A stretch of DNA of 64,000 nt. Source: Callorhinchus milii. Lineage: Eukaryota. Both the position numbers and the translations under genes were made by a program. Under the pieces are notes generated by a model, which saw only the letters and a list, made by a program, of their open reading frames with translations, did no database searches and had not been told where the DNA came from. The first letter of the stretch is position 1. Every line of letters begins with the position of its first letter. This document shows, piece by piece, positions 1 to 14,540 of the stretch. The stretch lies in assembly GCF_018977255.1 (NCBI RefSeq), contig NW_024704742.1, positions 50,284,001 through 50,348,000 of the forward strand. The letters run 5' to 3'.

Positions 1-75
1 ATGCTGTGTGCACCAAGCTGACTCCTGAGAATTCAGTCAATCTTCTTCAGGGTGCGATAGAGCAGAGTTCTTACA

Positions 76-220
76 AATCCTCCTCTTCGACCCCATCCTA
101 TTCTCCCTGCCCTCCATCTTCCGTGATGTCAACCCCTCGGGTCCAAGTCCCTGACTGGCCAGTGCCTTGGAACATCCTCCCGACGTGAAAGGCGCTATAC
201 AAATGTAATTTATTGGTGTT
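76..220 (+). mobile_element. L2 LINE 3' end fragment
   Basis: cctcttcgac...cctcccgacgtgaaaggcgctatacaaatgtaat, matching the tail of the long L2 copies. Confidence 0.75.
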
Positions 221-1070
221 TCCGATCCCCTTTGAAACTGATACCGTTTTGATCCCTATCACGATAGTTTGGCACACAGCAAAGGATAATCCCGTATTCA
301 AACGGTTAAATAGAGAAGGGTTACCTAGCGGTTCACAATTGTTCTTCTTAATACGAAATATAGAAACAAATCAAATCGCTAAGGCTTCATAATTATTATA
401 ATTAAGATTGGGTGAAACTGGCAGACCATTGTGGTACACTTACGAATGTATCCAGTAACTTGGTATACAACAAGAACTTTCATTTACATAACGACCTTCA
501 CACGGGTGTATTATTCAGCACAACATGCACACATCGGTGTCTGCAAAGAATCATCATCAAAACAATTTTATAAACCACCCACTATATGCCAAAATTAGCA
601 GGTGCAATTAGCAGATAGACCAAGCTGCCTGCAAAACCTCCACAGAAGTTACATTCTGGCATTTTCAAACAGCATTTCCGTATGAGGTAGAAAATATGAT
701 ATTATTTGCAAGGTTTTATTTTCCCCTATTGATGCATAATAAAATGCTTAACCCTTTTGCATGGCTTTTCTTAAAATGAATCATCCCAGATATATAAGCT
801 GGATCCTCACTGGCAAAATCCCAGGTATAAAATGCCTTATCTCAAGGAGTCTGCCCAACCTCATTGCAATAGGTTACCATCTGATTAGAATACCAGCCTC
901 AACCCCATAAAGACATAACCTTTCAATCTAGGCTGTGGATGTCAACATTAACACTAGATTTTTGGCACTTTCTATTCCACTTCCTTCACCACCCACCTTC
1001 CTTGTTTGCCACAGAATACTAAATAGACAGTATTGTATCCAGTGTAGCCTGAACCATGCATGGAAAACAT

Positions 1071-1152
1071 ATCTGAAACTAGCCTAAAATGGACTATTTT
1101 AGTAAAGTAAATCTGAAGCTACCCTAAAATGGGTTATTCTGGTAATGGTAAA
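1071..1152. repeat. 40-bp tandem duplication (2 diverged copies)
   Basis: atctgaaactagcctaaaatggactattttagtaaagtaa / atctgaagctaccctaaaatgggttattctggtaatggtaa. Confidence 0.8.
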
Positions 1153-2284
1153 AGTATACAATGGGTGTGAGTTTGATTGATTGCAACAACAAAGAGCAAA
1201 ATAGATATAAATTGAAAGATTGAGAAAATGTGTTCTAACCTGCAAGAGTTATATAAGGATTAGAATTCTGGTATTTCTAAACACACTCCTGTCTTTAGTT
1301 ATTGCCAAAAAATAATTAAGGAACAACATGGAAATTATGGGTGAAATATATCCTTAAAACTGATTTGCATAGTTCTCCTTAAACCTGATTTGACCATCCC
1401 CGGTGGGGGGTTATCGGCACCAAGGTGACGTGTTTGGCAACGGAATGTCAGAATTGAGCCAGACCCCTGTGGCAGTCTTGTTAGTCCAGTTCCAGAGCCA
1501 GGAGGGTCTACAGTATTCCAAGGCACTGCTGATGACAGCAAAGCCAGTCTGGCTCATCAGCAGGACCTGGAAGGGCAGACCTGTCACTTAGGGCAGGGAG
1601 TCATCCCAATCAGCTAATGTTAACCCTGCAAGCCAAAACCCTAATCGATAGGGTGGTCCTAGCTGGAGAAGCATCAAGAAAACTTTCATTGCCAAGCTGT
1701 GTGATTTTAGCTGGTTAGACGCAAGCAGTACCCCAACACCTACTCTGGTGTCCCCAAGTCTTGCCTCTTACCACCTGCACCTAATACATTCTGGAATTCT
1801 GGAATGTATTCCATTCCACCAATCTATCTCTGGGATTTCCTCTTGTAGGTGGGATACATGAAAATCTCAGCTTGGTTTGGGTACTCTTAAGTATGGTGAT
1901 GGGTTTCCGCATGTGTCAGACATCCGACTAACAGTCCCACTCCTCCCGAAAAAAAATATTTTAATGGGGAGTTTGGAACTGAATGCTCCCCTCATTCAAC
2001 TCCTAAACAATGGTTTCTCCTGCAGGATTTTCACATTTTCAATCAACCGTAGCCAATTTAGTGAGGTGGCTAAGATTTTCATTCACAGCATTCTAACTTA
2101 TAATTCCAACTTTCAAAAATAATTGTAGGTTTGTATCTGGCAAAGAATCACTAAATCTCTCCTCTCGGGGGTAGGATTGAAGTTCATTGAAATCCTGATT
2201 TCCCTGAGGAGTACATTTTAAAGACCACTATCTGTGATTACATTGGATCTGAGTGGCTTTTGCCAGGTTATCGCCACATTAGTT

Positions 2285-2702
2285 GACAGCCTGGCTCAGG
2301 TGGTAGGACTCTCGCCTCTGAGACAGAAGTTTGTGGGTTTAAGTCCCATGTCGGAACTTTTAATTCTCATTCTGGACCGACATTCCATTGCAGTCCTGGG
2401 AATGTGCTGCCTTGTTGGAGGTGGTGTTCTTTGGATCAGACGTTAAACCAAGGTTCTGTCTGCATGTTCAAGTGAATGTTAAAGATCCCGGAGCCTATAT
2501 GAAAGGAGGAGTTTTTCCGGGTGTCCTGACAAACAAATTGGTCATACACTTCATGGCTAGTTTTGGGGCATCATTGTGCTCAAATGGCTGCCACATTTAT
2601 TTACAAAATATACAGTCATGACACTTTACAGTAATTCTTGTAAAGTGCTCTGAGATATCATCGGGACGTGAAAGGCACTATATCAAATGCAAGAATTATT
2701 AT
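2285..2702 (+). mobile_element. DeuSINE-type (SacSINE1-like) element, full length
   Basis: tRNA-like head ggctcaggtggtaggactctcgcctctgag, Deu-domain-like ggatcagacgttaaaccaaggtt...aaagatccc, and an L2-like tail. Confidence 0.75.
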
Positions 2703-5700
2703 CACCCCCTGAGCCTACTCCTGGAAGATGTACAAGAGTAGGAAAGGAGGATTACAAATTTTTCCTTTTTTTCCCAATCAGAGAATGATAATAATAATCC
2801 TTGCATTTTACATAGACCTTATCACATTGTCAAGACAAAGGGCTTCACAGGATATTTAGTAAAATGAATTGACTGTATTTTGTGGGTGTACGCAACAGCC
2901 AATATCAAATAATCTTATTGAGAGAATACTCAACAACAACCTTTTATATTTCTATAGCACATTTTACTTCAGGAGGATGCCTCAAAACACTTTGGAAAGC
3001 TGACTGGAAACGTCATGGTATATTCACACCGACAAGATCTGCGCATTTACCAGTGACTGAAGGTTACCTCTCTATGGATTAGAACAAACTGTAATAGTGA
3101 ATTTGGAGATCAGCTCACCAATCTGAAAGAGGATGACAACCAGTGAACATAAAAGCAGCCAAGGCCAATGAGGGGAAAATGACTGGCATTTAAATAATAT
3201 CCAAGCTATTAGTCTACCTCAAGCTGCAGAATGTGGTAATTTCATGTAAAATTTGGCTGAAGTAAATGTAGATCTCAATCTCAATATGCTTTCTAAAAGG
3301 ATACAGCACAGAGCAGCCAGGACACCAGAAGGTGCTATTGTTGATGCTTGGTAGCATTTATAGACACTTCAAAAGCTTAATTTCATTTAATGAACAAATT
3401 CTGACTGAACCAAATTCCCAATCCAAAGTGACCTGGATTGAAGGAGTTACAATTAAATTACTGAATACGTGAATGCAGCCAATTCAGATAATTGTGTACA
3501 AATATAAATGACCCTTTAAAGCCACAGCTCCTATTTACAGAAGTACATCTGTCATAATTGTTCTTGTCTGCATGCTTGTTGTCATGAATGCAGCTGTTTT
3601 CTATGGCTAGAAAATGGAGAAACACAGTCAATTATTGATTATAATTACGAAAAATAATAATTGTCAAATGATTCTGACATAAAGGTGAGTTCTGTAGTAA
3701 TATATTTTGGAATGATTCAGACTTTGGAAAAATACTATTTGTCTTTCTCTTGAGCTCCCAGTGGGTCTTTTTGAGTAACAGACACTGATACTGAATTTCA
3801 TCATGAGGTCAGCTAACTGTACATATGCATGTACATATTTACATGTTCTAATGAGGCTGTGATGAGTCAGGATTATTGTGTCCTACCAGTCACGTCAGAT
3901 GGTTTTGTTGCCTAAGGTGTTGGAAACCTGAATTAAATTGAATAGTAATTTTAACACTGAATTCTTGTAGTCTGATTTATGTGAAGATGCTACACATGTG
4001 CCATTTGTGCTAATGAGCTGAGCAATCCAATCTGTCTACTATTAAAATACACTGTAGGAAAAATTTGATGTGCATCAAAGAGTAGATAGTTCTTCAAAGG
4101 GAAACCCTAAGGCGAGTGTTATTATGCATTGGTATAAAGAAAGAACTCCAGGAGATTGAGGACAGGTTCACACAATTAGGTACAGGAGGGTCTTCGGCAC
4201 GGCTAAGAATTACCATTCCCTTTTCCTGGTTCTGTTGGGAAATTCAAGGAGTGGCCAGGTTACATATTACAATGCAGTCCTCTCAATTCTCAGTTTTATA
4301 ACTTATTGGGCTGCAAGCAGGCCAATTTGTCAATGAGAGATTAAATAAATAAGAAATCAAATACAAAACAGAGTTAGAGACAGATATAGCAAAAAGTACT
4401 AGAGATAGCATATATTCACTACAGTCACTCCACTTTACAGTATATCCTATGAAGCGCTTTAAGACGTCTCAATGATATAAGGCGCTATATCAAATGCAAG
4501 GATTATTATTAGTAGTAGTAGTAGTCATGTGGGGCATTGCTGTGTGCAAATTGGCTGGCCCGTTCACTGACAAAACACACAGTGCAGTATATCCCGTGAA
4601 ACGCTTTGAGACATTCTCCTGACATGAAAGGTGCTGTATCAAATGTAAGATTATTATTGTATATAGAATTGTGTAAAAGTAATGTTTAGATCACAGTGAA
4701 CAAATTAAAGTTAAAATAAGAAAGGGCAGAAAGAGAAAATAGAAAGAAAAAATGATGTCAAGGGTAGACAGCTGTTCTACACATACTTGAGGACCAAGAT
4801 CACAATAGATAAGGCATCTGCTGCTTCATTATAGGAGGTGCAGGTAGTAAAGGATTATGAATATTATACCAGATTCCCCCTGTGTAAGAATTATGGAATT
4901 ACATTGTAAGAACAATTAGCACAAGAATCAAAAGCACAAAATCATAAGTCAGTGAAATAATGCAAAAATATCAGCCCAATAAAAAGGAAAGGATACATTT
5001 GTAAGTCACCCCTCTGCAAATTAGGGAGAAATTCTTCTGGACTCTAGCAGAGTCCTGAAGTAAAACTAAGACTCTGTGTAAGACACCAATCAATCGTGAT
5101 ATATCCGTTTTGGTGCTCTAATTCTTATTCTTCAAAGAAAAAATAAAAAGCTTTTAAAATACACAATCATTACACCTTATAGTAAATCTTGTGAAACGCT
5201 TTGGATATCCTCATGACAGAAAAGGAGCTACATCAAAAGCATGGATATTATTTTATTTTACTTTCGAAAATTCATTGCTTTCATTCATTTCATTAGCTTC
5301 CTCACTCAGAGATGAACATTATAGTGATGTGCATTGTGGAGAGCTTGCAGTGGTAGGAAAATGTTTGGTCTACAGCATGTGAGCAATTTGCATAAGGACA
5401 TGTGAGGAAACCTCTTTGTGTTCATGTTATCACATGGAGTTTTTTTTGGCATTTACTCTGCAATGTGATGGGATAATCACATAATTCTGGTTTGTAATAA
5501 TAGTGGTGTTGCTAGGGATACAGTCACATTAATTCGGCATTCTAAGAGAGCATCCAAAATCCGTATGGTCAAAGGCTAGCCTGCATAAGTAAAGCGTCTG
5601 CACAAGCCACAGGAGATTCAACAATGATAGTAAAAGGCAATCAGATACCGATCGGATCATCAGACTACTAGAGAATCAGGCAACTACTCACCAAAACATT

Positions 5701-5879
5701 GGCAGGAAATTCAGAAGCACATCAAGTGCTGGATCAGCAGTGAATCAACCACATCCTTTCTTTTATACCAAAGGGAAGCAACCATGCTGTAACAGTATGA
5801 AGGAATGTGAATGCATACAAACTGCTAGACTATTAGGCAATAGGAAATAGATACCCAGATAGTAGATTATATAATACAG

Positions 5880-6540
5880 TAGAATTTACATTTATGTAGC
5901 ACCTTTCAAATTTCGAGGATATCTCCAAGCATTTTATTCAGCTGGCTTGGCACAGAGTTATGGAGATGAAAGGGGAAACTGAAGATAGTGGAAAAGTGAC
6001 CAAAAACACAGTCAATCAATTAAGGCATGCTTTAAAAGTGGGAAAGGTGGGGGTGAGTCAAATGGAATTCCAACGACAACAACAACTTGCATTTATATAG
6101 TGCTTTTTACACAGAGTGACATCTCATAGCGATTTAGCAATGATGGAGCCTGACTCCATGATCAATGGTACAGTCATAGAGGAAAGTCTTCAAGGGGGAC
6201 TCTGAAGGTGGACAAGGAGGTGGTAAAACAGAGGGATTGAGGTGGAGAGCTTCAGAGTCTCATGGCATAGTGGCTGAAAGCTTAACCACCAATGATGAAG
6301 TGGAGGGGACAAGAGACGGGCAAAGCTGCTGAAGGCTCACCCACCAATGGTAAACCAGCCCAAACGAGGTACATGAAACAGGCCAGTGTTCTCTGAGTGG
6401 AGTGAGCGGCCAGCAATCAGTAAGATTGTAGGAGGCTACAGAGGTAGGCTGGGGTCAGGCCATGGAAGGATTTGGATATGAGGGCAAGGATCTTGAATTT
6501 GATGTGCTATGGGATGGGGAGCCAGTGGAACATCTAAACA
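5880..6540 (-). mobile_element. Cluster of older L2 3' fragments
   Basis: caacaacttgcatttatatag tails and the G-rich antisense L2 3' ORF pattern. Confidence 0.65.
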
Positions 6541-7145
6541 CAATAAAAGAACCTTAGAGAAAGGGAATAAAGTACGTAAGTACACTGAAACCCATGAGCA
6601 ACATTTAACCAGGAAATCTTTACTTTTTCCTTTGAGTAGTTATTCTTTGGTATACATGAGTTGCTTCTTTGAAATTATATTGACTCAGGTATTGGAGAGT
6701 GAGCAGACAAAATAACTGCTGATTCAGTTTCATCATAATAGCCTTTCTCTTTTCAAATAGTTTTACTTTGATTTTTCCAATTCAACAGCACGACATTTTA
6801 AGTGCAATGCATGCTTACTTCAGATACACCTGGAGACAAGTCATACTTTTGAGTTATTTACAGGAGGACATTTTCAACCATTTGATAATTGAAACTGCTA
6901 TTAATTAGCGCATCAGAATTACAATTTTCATCCCAGAGGCAAAGATTCAAGCAGAAACAGATATTTAGCCTACCCATCTAAAATGATTAATTTAATATAT
7001 CTATCTCATAATCTAAAAGTAAACTTCTGAAGCTTGTCACTCCAAGGGAAACAGGCTCAGTGAACGAGTTAACTCAGTGGTGAGTTAGACATGTGTATAG
7101 ATGCATAAATAAATGCGGATGGGATATTGACAGGATGACGACTTA

Positions 7146-7270
7146 ACAACAACAACAAGATTACATTTGTATAGCGCCTTTCACGTTGGGAGGACGTCTC
7201 AAGGCGCTGGACAGAGTACAGCATTTCAGACCCGAGCTGGGGTCAGGTGGGGGGGAGGGAGTTAAAGGGT
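7146..7270 (-). mobile_element. L2 3' end fragment
   Basis: (AAC)n gattacatttgtatagcgcctttcacgttgggagg, nearly identical to the 17448 copy. Confidence 0.8.
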
Positions 7271-9889
7271 GTTAAAGACTTAAATGGTAGTGACAAGTTT
7301 AGCCAAGGTCGAGTTATCAAAGCTTATTAACCTTATATGCAGAAAGTTGGCTAAGTCTTTTCCTTAAATCCCTTTATAATTTCTTGTTCCACCATCTGTG
7401 CTGCTAATTTATTCCATTGCCTATCGCCCTCCTAGAAAAAAAGATTCTGTTGCATTTCCTGTTCACTTTTGTTGTTGCTATTTTGAAGCTGTGATTATCT
7501 TTTGACTTGAATGTTCTACATGTTAGGAAAACCTATCTGCACTCAAATATTGAGATCCCTGTATAATTTTAAAACACCTCTAACAAGGCCCCACTCTGTC
7601 ACCTCTGAGAGAGAATAGTTCTTTGGTAGCCAATGTTTCCTCACAACAATGTTCCTGAAATTCTGGAATTAATCCCACAGTTCCCACCCTGCCCCCTCTT
7701 CACTGCACTTCGTCTGAAAACTGACCATTTGTATCTCTTTTTAACTAGACAGGCTAAAACAGCCTGTAGTACTCCAGCAGCCTAGAATTTCAGTCTTGGC
7801 TTTAATCTTAACATTTCAGAATGCATAGACTTTTTGGCATCCGGTCTTGTTTAGTTCCTAAACAGATTTGCATTAAAATGACCTCAAAACTGAGACTGAA
7901 TTTAAAAATTTGCCGCAATTCTACACAACATGAAATTTTAAAATAATAGCCATAAAGCTAAAACAGTCCAAAATCACCAAGGCACCTCTCGGCTGGATAC
8001 CTCCCCATGCATCATTATTTAATCCTGTCAATCAGATAACGATTTATTGAAAAGTAAATAGCTACTCTTGACAATCTGGGTGATCTTCCGATCATTGGTA
8101 AAAAAGGCCAGGGTGGCATTAATTTGTTTAACTTCAATACATTTTGAATAAAGGGGTGCCATGGGGGAATCATAGCCAACGTGCATTAAACTGAAAAAAG
8201 AACATTCTGTGAAGTCTTAATGACTTGGTCTTTAGTGTAGTTTGGAGTTTGCAGTGTATGAAATGTCTATTTGAGATCTCAGATTTCCTGGAACATTTCA
8301 CAGTACTTTCAGAATGAAAGTAATGATTAAGATACTGTTTTTTCCTCTGATTGTCTTGTTATCTTTTAGCACCAGCACTTAGCCCTCTTAATTTTAATTA
8401 AGCTATATCATTATGTGATCTATGTATTCAGGACACAATGAATGGGTTCAGTGTTGTTTCTAGTGTAAATGGATGACTTTCTGGATGATTGCTTTTGTGA
8501 GTTCAATGTTGAGGACAGTGAGTCACCAGTTAACTTAGAACATGTTTGAAGCTATTTTCAAAGTCTAAAAGATTGTTTCCTTGATCAGATGGCATAAATG
8601 GTTTTAGAATACATAAAGGCATGATCATCCCAAATTGCTGAAAATCCTCTATGAGGGCATATTGTCAGTGGAACAAAAGCCGAGATTGTATTTAATGTAC
8701 AGCAAAGCTCTAGGGTGAATTTACTTGTGAATGGAATTGAAGGTACTTCCATTTCTCCGGCTTTGCTCAGAGGTGTAATGCTTTGCACATAGCGATTATA
8801 GAACACACAGATAAAAACTAAATTGTCCCCTATTCAAACCACCTGGGAGTGACAATTTATCTTGGAAATAAAGGGGTGAAATGAGGTGTGATGCAATTAT
8901 CACTGTTGATAATTGTCACATCACACACTGCATTTTTAACCTCTTTATTTCAAACAGTCAAATGGTAATCAAATGTCTTACCAAATATAACAACTTGTAC
9001 TATGAACAGGTTAAAAAGTGAATGCATGAGTTTATCAAAAATAGTACCAAAAATGTAATTACATTGATTAGCTTGTACATGGAACCAAGTAATGAGATCA
9101 TTGTGGAAATGTCCTTCTGGTGAACCTTTTAAGAGCTCTGGGAAAACCAGCTCTAAATTTAAAGTGTTTGTAAGAATTTTTTCCAAAATTCTGTATTATG
9201 TTCAATTGCAAGACCAACAATTATTTTTGTCTCTGGTGAGAAAACAATGGAAATAAAGCTTTATAACAGAGATCACTAATGTACGATTACCCCAATGTTT
9301 TGATTGAGCAAAGAAGTTGGGTGAACTGTAAGTGATTACATTGCAAGATTCAGGGTGTAGTGAACCTCATGCAAGTTAATTTAGAGGTATCTTCCATAAA
9401 AAACAATGGTTTCCCACAAGAGTAAACAAGTCCATTTATTAAGAGCACTTAAGGAGAACCATAGAAATTTAGGGCACAGAAGAAGGCCACTCAGCACATC
9501 ATGTCTGTGCTGGCTCCCTCCAGAGAATCCTTCAGTCGCTTTTTCCACCATCAATGGTTTTTCTGACTTAGTTATTGCTGGAATGTTTTGCCATTGCACT
9601 TTTTTCACCTTATGAAAGCATTTACAAATCTCCCCACTATGCTCTTTGAGTCGTGGGCCTTGCATTATGAATATTGGCCATGCTTTCTCAGGCCTGCATG
9701 CACTCAGACCAATTGACAGGCTTTGCTATGATGACCCCTCCCCCACTTTAGCCAATATATTGTAGACTATGAATGACTCTTCAGTATTAGTAAAAAAAAT
9801 CTTTACTGAGTGTTTTCAAACAGCACATCTATATTGTGGAACATATTCTTACAGAGGTTATACCATATATAAGAAGTTATATGCCAGAT

Positions 9890-10320
9890 GTCAGTCTGGC
9901 ACAGTGATAGCACTCTCATTTCTGAATGTTTGTGGGTCCAAGACCCATGTTAGGATTCAAACTCACATAGACTAGGCTGATACTCCAATACAGTGTTGGA
10001 GATGCGTTGCATTGTCAGAGATGCTGTCCTTTGGATGACACATAAACCAGGGTCTTGTCTGCCTGTTCAGAGGGACATTAAAGATCCCATGGTACTACAC
10101 AAAACGAGAAGGAAGTTTCTCCCAATGTCATGGCCAACAATCCTCCAAATAAAATTGGTTATTTGTTTCATGGGTGATTGTGGGACATTTCTGTGCTCAA
10201 AGGGGTGGCACGGTTATCTACAAATATAGTCACTCCACTTCACAGTAAATGCCATGAGGCACTTTGAGATGTCCTCCTGATGTAAAAGACGCTGTACAAA
10301 CTGAAGGAATATTATTATTA
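9890..10320 (+). mobile_element. DeuSINE-type element
   Basis: Collinear with 2285-2702. Confidence 0.75.
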
Positions 10321-11864
10321 CCTTACCTTGTGAAAGTGGTATTTTAAATGTATCCCGTGTCCTGGTCTCAACCACTGTTCTTGGCAACCTATTCCAGTCA
10401 TTAATTACCCTCTGAGTAAAGAACGATTTTTTGGTATTTGTTCTGAAATTGCCCTCTACAATAATGTTCTCTTATTTTACTATCTTTACACATCATAAAG
10501 TTTTGCCCTGAGTTTACTTTTTTAATCTATTTTAAAATGTTATACCCTCATTGCGGTCCTCTCTAAGTCATCTCCAGTCTCTTTTGTCTTCCACATATGT
10601 GCTGAATTAAAATTAGACATCATCAAATGCTGCAATAATTTAGTTTTATAGAGGTGCATTATACATTAATTTGAAAACAATTATATCACATTAAGTCATT
10701 CTAGGGAATCTAAGTGTGCCGTAGACTGTTTATCAATTTTCCATTGATACAGTGTTATACCCAGCTTCTAAGCCATTCAGACTGTCTTCCAAAATCAATT
10801 CACAAGATCAAAGGAAAGTTTTGGATGAAGAAGGTCCCTTGGCCCATTTGATCTCATGCTTCCAAATTCCAAATACTGGATACGTTGAATAGATTGGTGA
10901 TATATAATAATAATAACAATAATAATAATTCTTTCATTTGATATAGCACCTTATTATGTATTCAAGGCATCTCAAACCACTTCACAGAATATACTGTAAA
11001 ATGATTTGATTGTATATTTTGTAGACAAAATGTGGCAGATAATTGTGCACTGGAGTATCCCACAAACAGTCGTGCATCAAAATGATCAATTTATTATTAT
11101 TATTTTCCTTGTCTCACTCTTCTTCTGATCTTTGAACATATTGCTATCTCATTGTTGTTGTTCTCAGTAAAGATTTCCAATAAGTCTCACAACTTTCTCT
11201 TTTTTGTTCAAAGTTGCTGATGTAGTTAGTGCCTGCCTGGGAAATGTTATTGTAATAGTTTGAGAACCAAAAGAGGTAAGAATATGGGTCAATTATACAA
11301 TGTAATACAATTTACATTTATGTAGTACCCTTCACATTGGGAGGACATCACAAACTATTAGATTATGTGATAGAATGGGCAGGGGTAACATCCAAGAATA
11401 GTGAATTCCATTTTTATGGAGACCAGAAAGTATGCAACCTTGGCAGTTTTGGATTTGATATCATTTGCAATGTCATTTTCCTGAAGAGTGCTTCCTCAAG
11501 ATTTGTTACATCAGGTGCTGAAAAGCTAAGCTTCACACTTAAATATTGCATCTGTGAACTAAGAATAGTGCTACTAACAAAAAAAAATCTTAGTGAGCAA
11601 TGGACTGTAACTCCTCCATGCCTGCCAGCCAGCTTACACTGGAAACATTTAACGCTGAAATAAAGCAGGAACCAACATTATATGGACACAACCAGGTCAA
11701 TCTTTTACATGTAAAAATAGGTCAATCCAGAAGGGCTGCAGTGATCGAGTTCCTTCAGCTTGCCCTTTCTTCGCCTCCTTCAAGATCTGCCTGAAGACCT
11801 TTCTCTTTGATTGCACTTTTGCCCAGAACCCAGTTGAAAGTATAAATTCACTCTTATATTAAAA

Positions 11865-12205
11865 CAACAAAAAGATCACATTCGTATAGCACCTTTCACG
11901 TGAGGAGGTCATTCCAAGGCGCTGGACAGTGCACCAGGGGGGGAGAAGGGAGGGGAGGGGAAGTGGGGTGACAGATGGCATGGTCGAAGAGGAGGGTTTT
12001 GAGGCGGGACCTGAGGGAGGCTAAGGAGGGGGCGAGGTGGAGTGACTGGGGGATGGAATTCCAGAGGTTGGGGCCAGAGTGGCTGAAGGCTCCCCCACCA
12101 ATGGTGGGGCAGGTGGGTCGGGGGACGTTGAGCAGGCTGGAGCCGGCTGAGCGAAGGGAGCGGGCGGGTTGGTAGGAGGTTAGGAGGTCACAGAGGTAGG
12201 GTGGG
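11865..12205 (-). mobile_element. L2 3' fragment
   Basis: High similarity to 17448-17915 and to the reverse complement of the L2 3' end at 29.4-29.8 kb. Confidence 0.85.
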
Positions 12206-12416
12206 AGATTTACATAACAGGTTGTTTTGAAGGAGATTTACATAACACGTTGTTTGACTGGAAACCTTCATCTTTGACAGCAGTTACAGTCACCTCCTCC
12301 CTCCCACCAGGCTCGGAGTCGGACTTCGCCACTGTTAAGCGCTCTGAGATGCCTCCCCACATGATAGGCACTGTGTAAATGCAAGTTGTTGTTGTATTGT
12401 CTATATAATGGAATTC

Positions 12417-12713
12417 GGAGTCCTGTAGCTCAGTGGTTAGAGCACTCGGCTTGCAAGCAAGACATCTGGGTTCAATTCCAGGGGCGAAACCTTACTCCAC
12501 ACGCCTAATAATAATCCCTCCAAAAAAGAAAAACAATAATAAATGGGTCATTTTCAATCCACGACTGTTTGTGGCACACTGCTGTGCGCAATTGGCTGCC
12601 ACGTTTCGCCCACAAATATACAGTCAATTCACTTTACAGTCTATTCTGTGAAGTGTTTGAGATGTCGAGGAGACATGAAAAGCGCTCTATCAAATACAAG
12701 GATTATTATTATA
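12417..12713 (+). mobile_element. tRNA-derived SINE (SINE2-type) with L2-like tail
   Basis: A box TAGCTCAGTGGT, B box GGTTCAATTCC, shared body, tail atcaaatacaaggattattatt. Confidence 0.88.
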
Positions 12714-13699
12714 TTTTATAATTCTCTTCAAATCAATGGAGATGACAAAACTATAGAATTTTATAGCATAGAAAACGGCAACAAGTCTGCACCGGTATTT
12801 TTCTCTGCATGTACAACCTCAGCTAACCCTACTGTCCTGTTTGTGTCCCATACCCATTAACATTCTTGTTTTATAAACATCGTCCTAATTAAATTTCAAA
12901 AGAACTTGTGTAATTAAAACCATAGAAATTTACAGCACACAAGGAGACCATTTGGTCCATCATGTTAGTGCTGGCTTTCTGAAAGACTATCTATTTAATC
13001 CAATTCTGCTGCCTTTCCCCAAACCCTTTTATATCTCTCATTTCAGATATTTATCACATTTTCTAATAAAAACTATTATGGATTTTGCCTCAACCATATC
13101 CAGGCTTGTACAATGATTATGGCAGAGCACTTCATATTCTATTCACCATCCATGCAAAGGAATTATTTCTGATAACCTCCCCTTTAATTCTTTCTGAAAT
13201 GTAGAAAATATATGGGTATGGATGGCAGCTGGCTTGTTCCCAAATCATTTGTTGAAAAATATTGCATTGTAAAATATCAAATCATGTTAATATTGTAATT
13301 GCCATTTAAATGAAGTGTAGCGTTTAATGAAATCCAAAATTTAATTTGAAAAAGATCAACCATTAATTAAAATACAGTAACAGTAATGCATTGGCTCCTG
13401 TATCACAGGAGGGATAATGAATTCCTATAGTTGAATGATTCACAGTAGATTAATATTTGGAAAAATAATGATATGCATCTGTTTGCCAGTATCAATGCTT
13501 CCAATTTAACTTAGATTGCAAATTTCTAGCCATCCCCCACCCCTACACTTAATGAATAAAACAAGTCTGACCTATTCAAATGAAATGGATTCCCTCTCCA
13601 CTCAGTAATTGTATTCTTTGATGTGTTAGCCAACTTATCTCAGTCTATTATAGCCACATTTAATAGTAAATAAATGCTGTGGAATATGTTTTGGATTAG

Positions 13700-14270
13700 T
13701 ACAATACAATACAATATTACATTTGTATAGCGCCTTTCACGTCAGGAGGACGTCCCAAGGTGCTGGACAGTCAGGGGATTTGGACCGGTTTGGGGAATAG
13801 GATCAGGGAGGGTGGAGGGCAGGGAAGGTAGCCGAAGCCTCAGTTGAAGGGGAGGGTTTTGAGACTTCCTTGAAAGAGTCTAGGGAGGGAGCGAGGCGAA
13901 GGGAATATGGGATGGAGTTCCATAGGTTGGGGGTAGAAAGGCTGAAGGCCCGGCTGTCGATGGTGGGGCGGGCCGAGCAGGGGATGTGGAACAGGCCACA
14001 GCCTGCTGAGCGGAGGGATATGGGGTCAGCAGGTCATGGTGGCAGGAAGAAGCAAGGCCATGGAGAGCCTTGAAGGTGAGGACGAGGATTTTGAATTCTA
14101 TCCTCTGGAGGATGGGAAGTCAATGGAGCCAGGAAAAGGTGGGGGTGATGGGGTCACGGAGCTTGGTGTGGGAGAGGACACGAGCTGCAGAATTCTAGAT
14201 GATCTGCAGCTTGTGGAGGGAAAAGTTGGGAAAGTCGACAAGCAGGGAGTTGGTGTAGTCAGCCTAGATA
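13700..14270 (-). mobile_element. L2 3' fragment
   Basis: (ACAAT)n tail and antisense L2 ORF2 C-terminal region. Confidence 0.85.
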
Positions 14271-14294
14271 TATAATAATGATAGGACTATAGAA

Positions 14295-14540
14295 TAAAAT
14301 CTTTGCATTTGATATTGCATTTTAACAAGTCTCAAAGCACTTCACAGGATATAGTGTAACGTGAATGACTGTACATTTTGTGGGCAAATTGCGGCAGCCA
14401 ATTACCCACAGCAGTGACCCACAAAGAGTCGTGGATTGAGTCACCAAATTTATTCATTTTTTTTGGAAGGATTATTGTCCCCAGAAAAGCGATCCATCAA
14501 TCAACTAACAACCGGGTTCCTGCTTACTGCTAGGTAAATA
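14295..14540 (-). mobile_element. tRNA-SINE 3' part
   Basis: Matches 57753-58010. Confidence 0.8.

Noticed and set aside
1526..1563. Hammerhead ribozyme or snoRNA (CTGATGA within a 10-bp stem hairpin)
   Set aside because: There is no GAAA after the stem on either strand, and CTGATGA is itself paired in the stem. No C/D box architecture is present.
12204..12257. 28-bp tandem duplication between opposed L2 ends
   Set aside because: It is real but looks like a trivial junction or repair duplication with no sign of function.
12417..12490. tRNA genes (also 16933, 18480, 20481, 44050, 58050)
   Set aside because: The A/B boxes run into a shared SINE body and tail and the acceptor stems are degenerate. 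These are SINE heads, not tRNAs.
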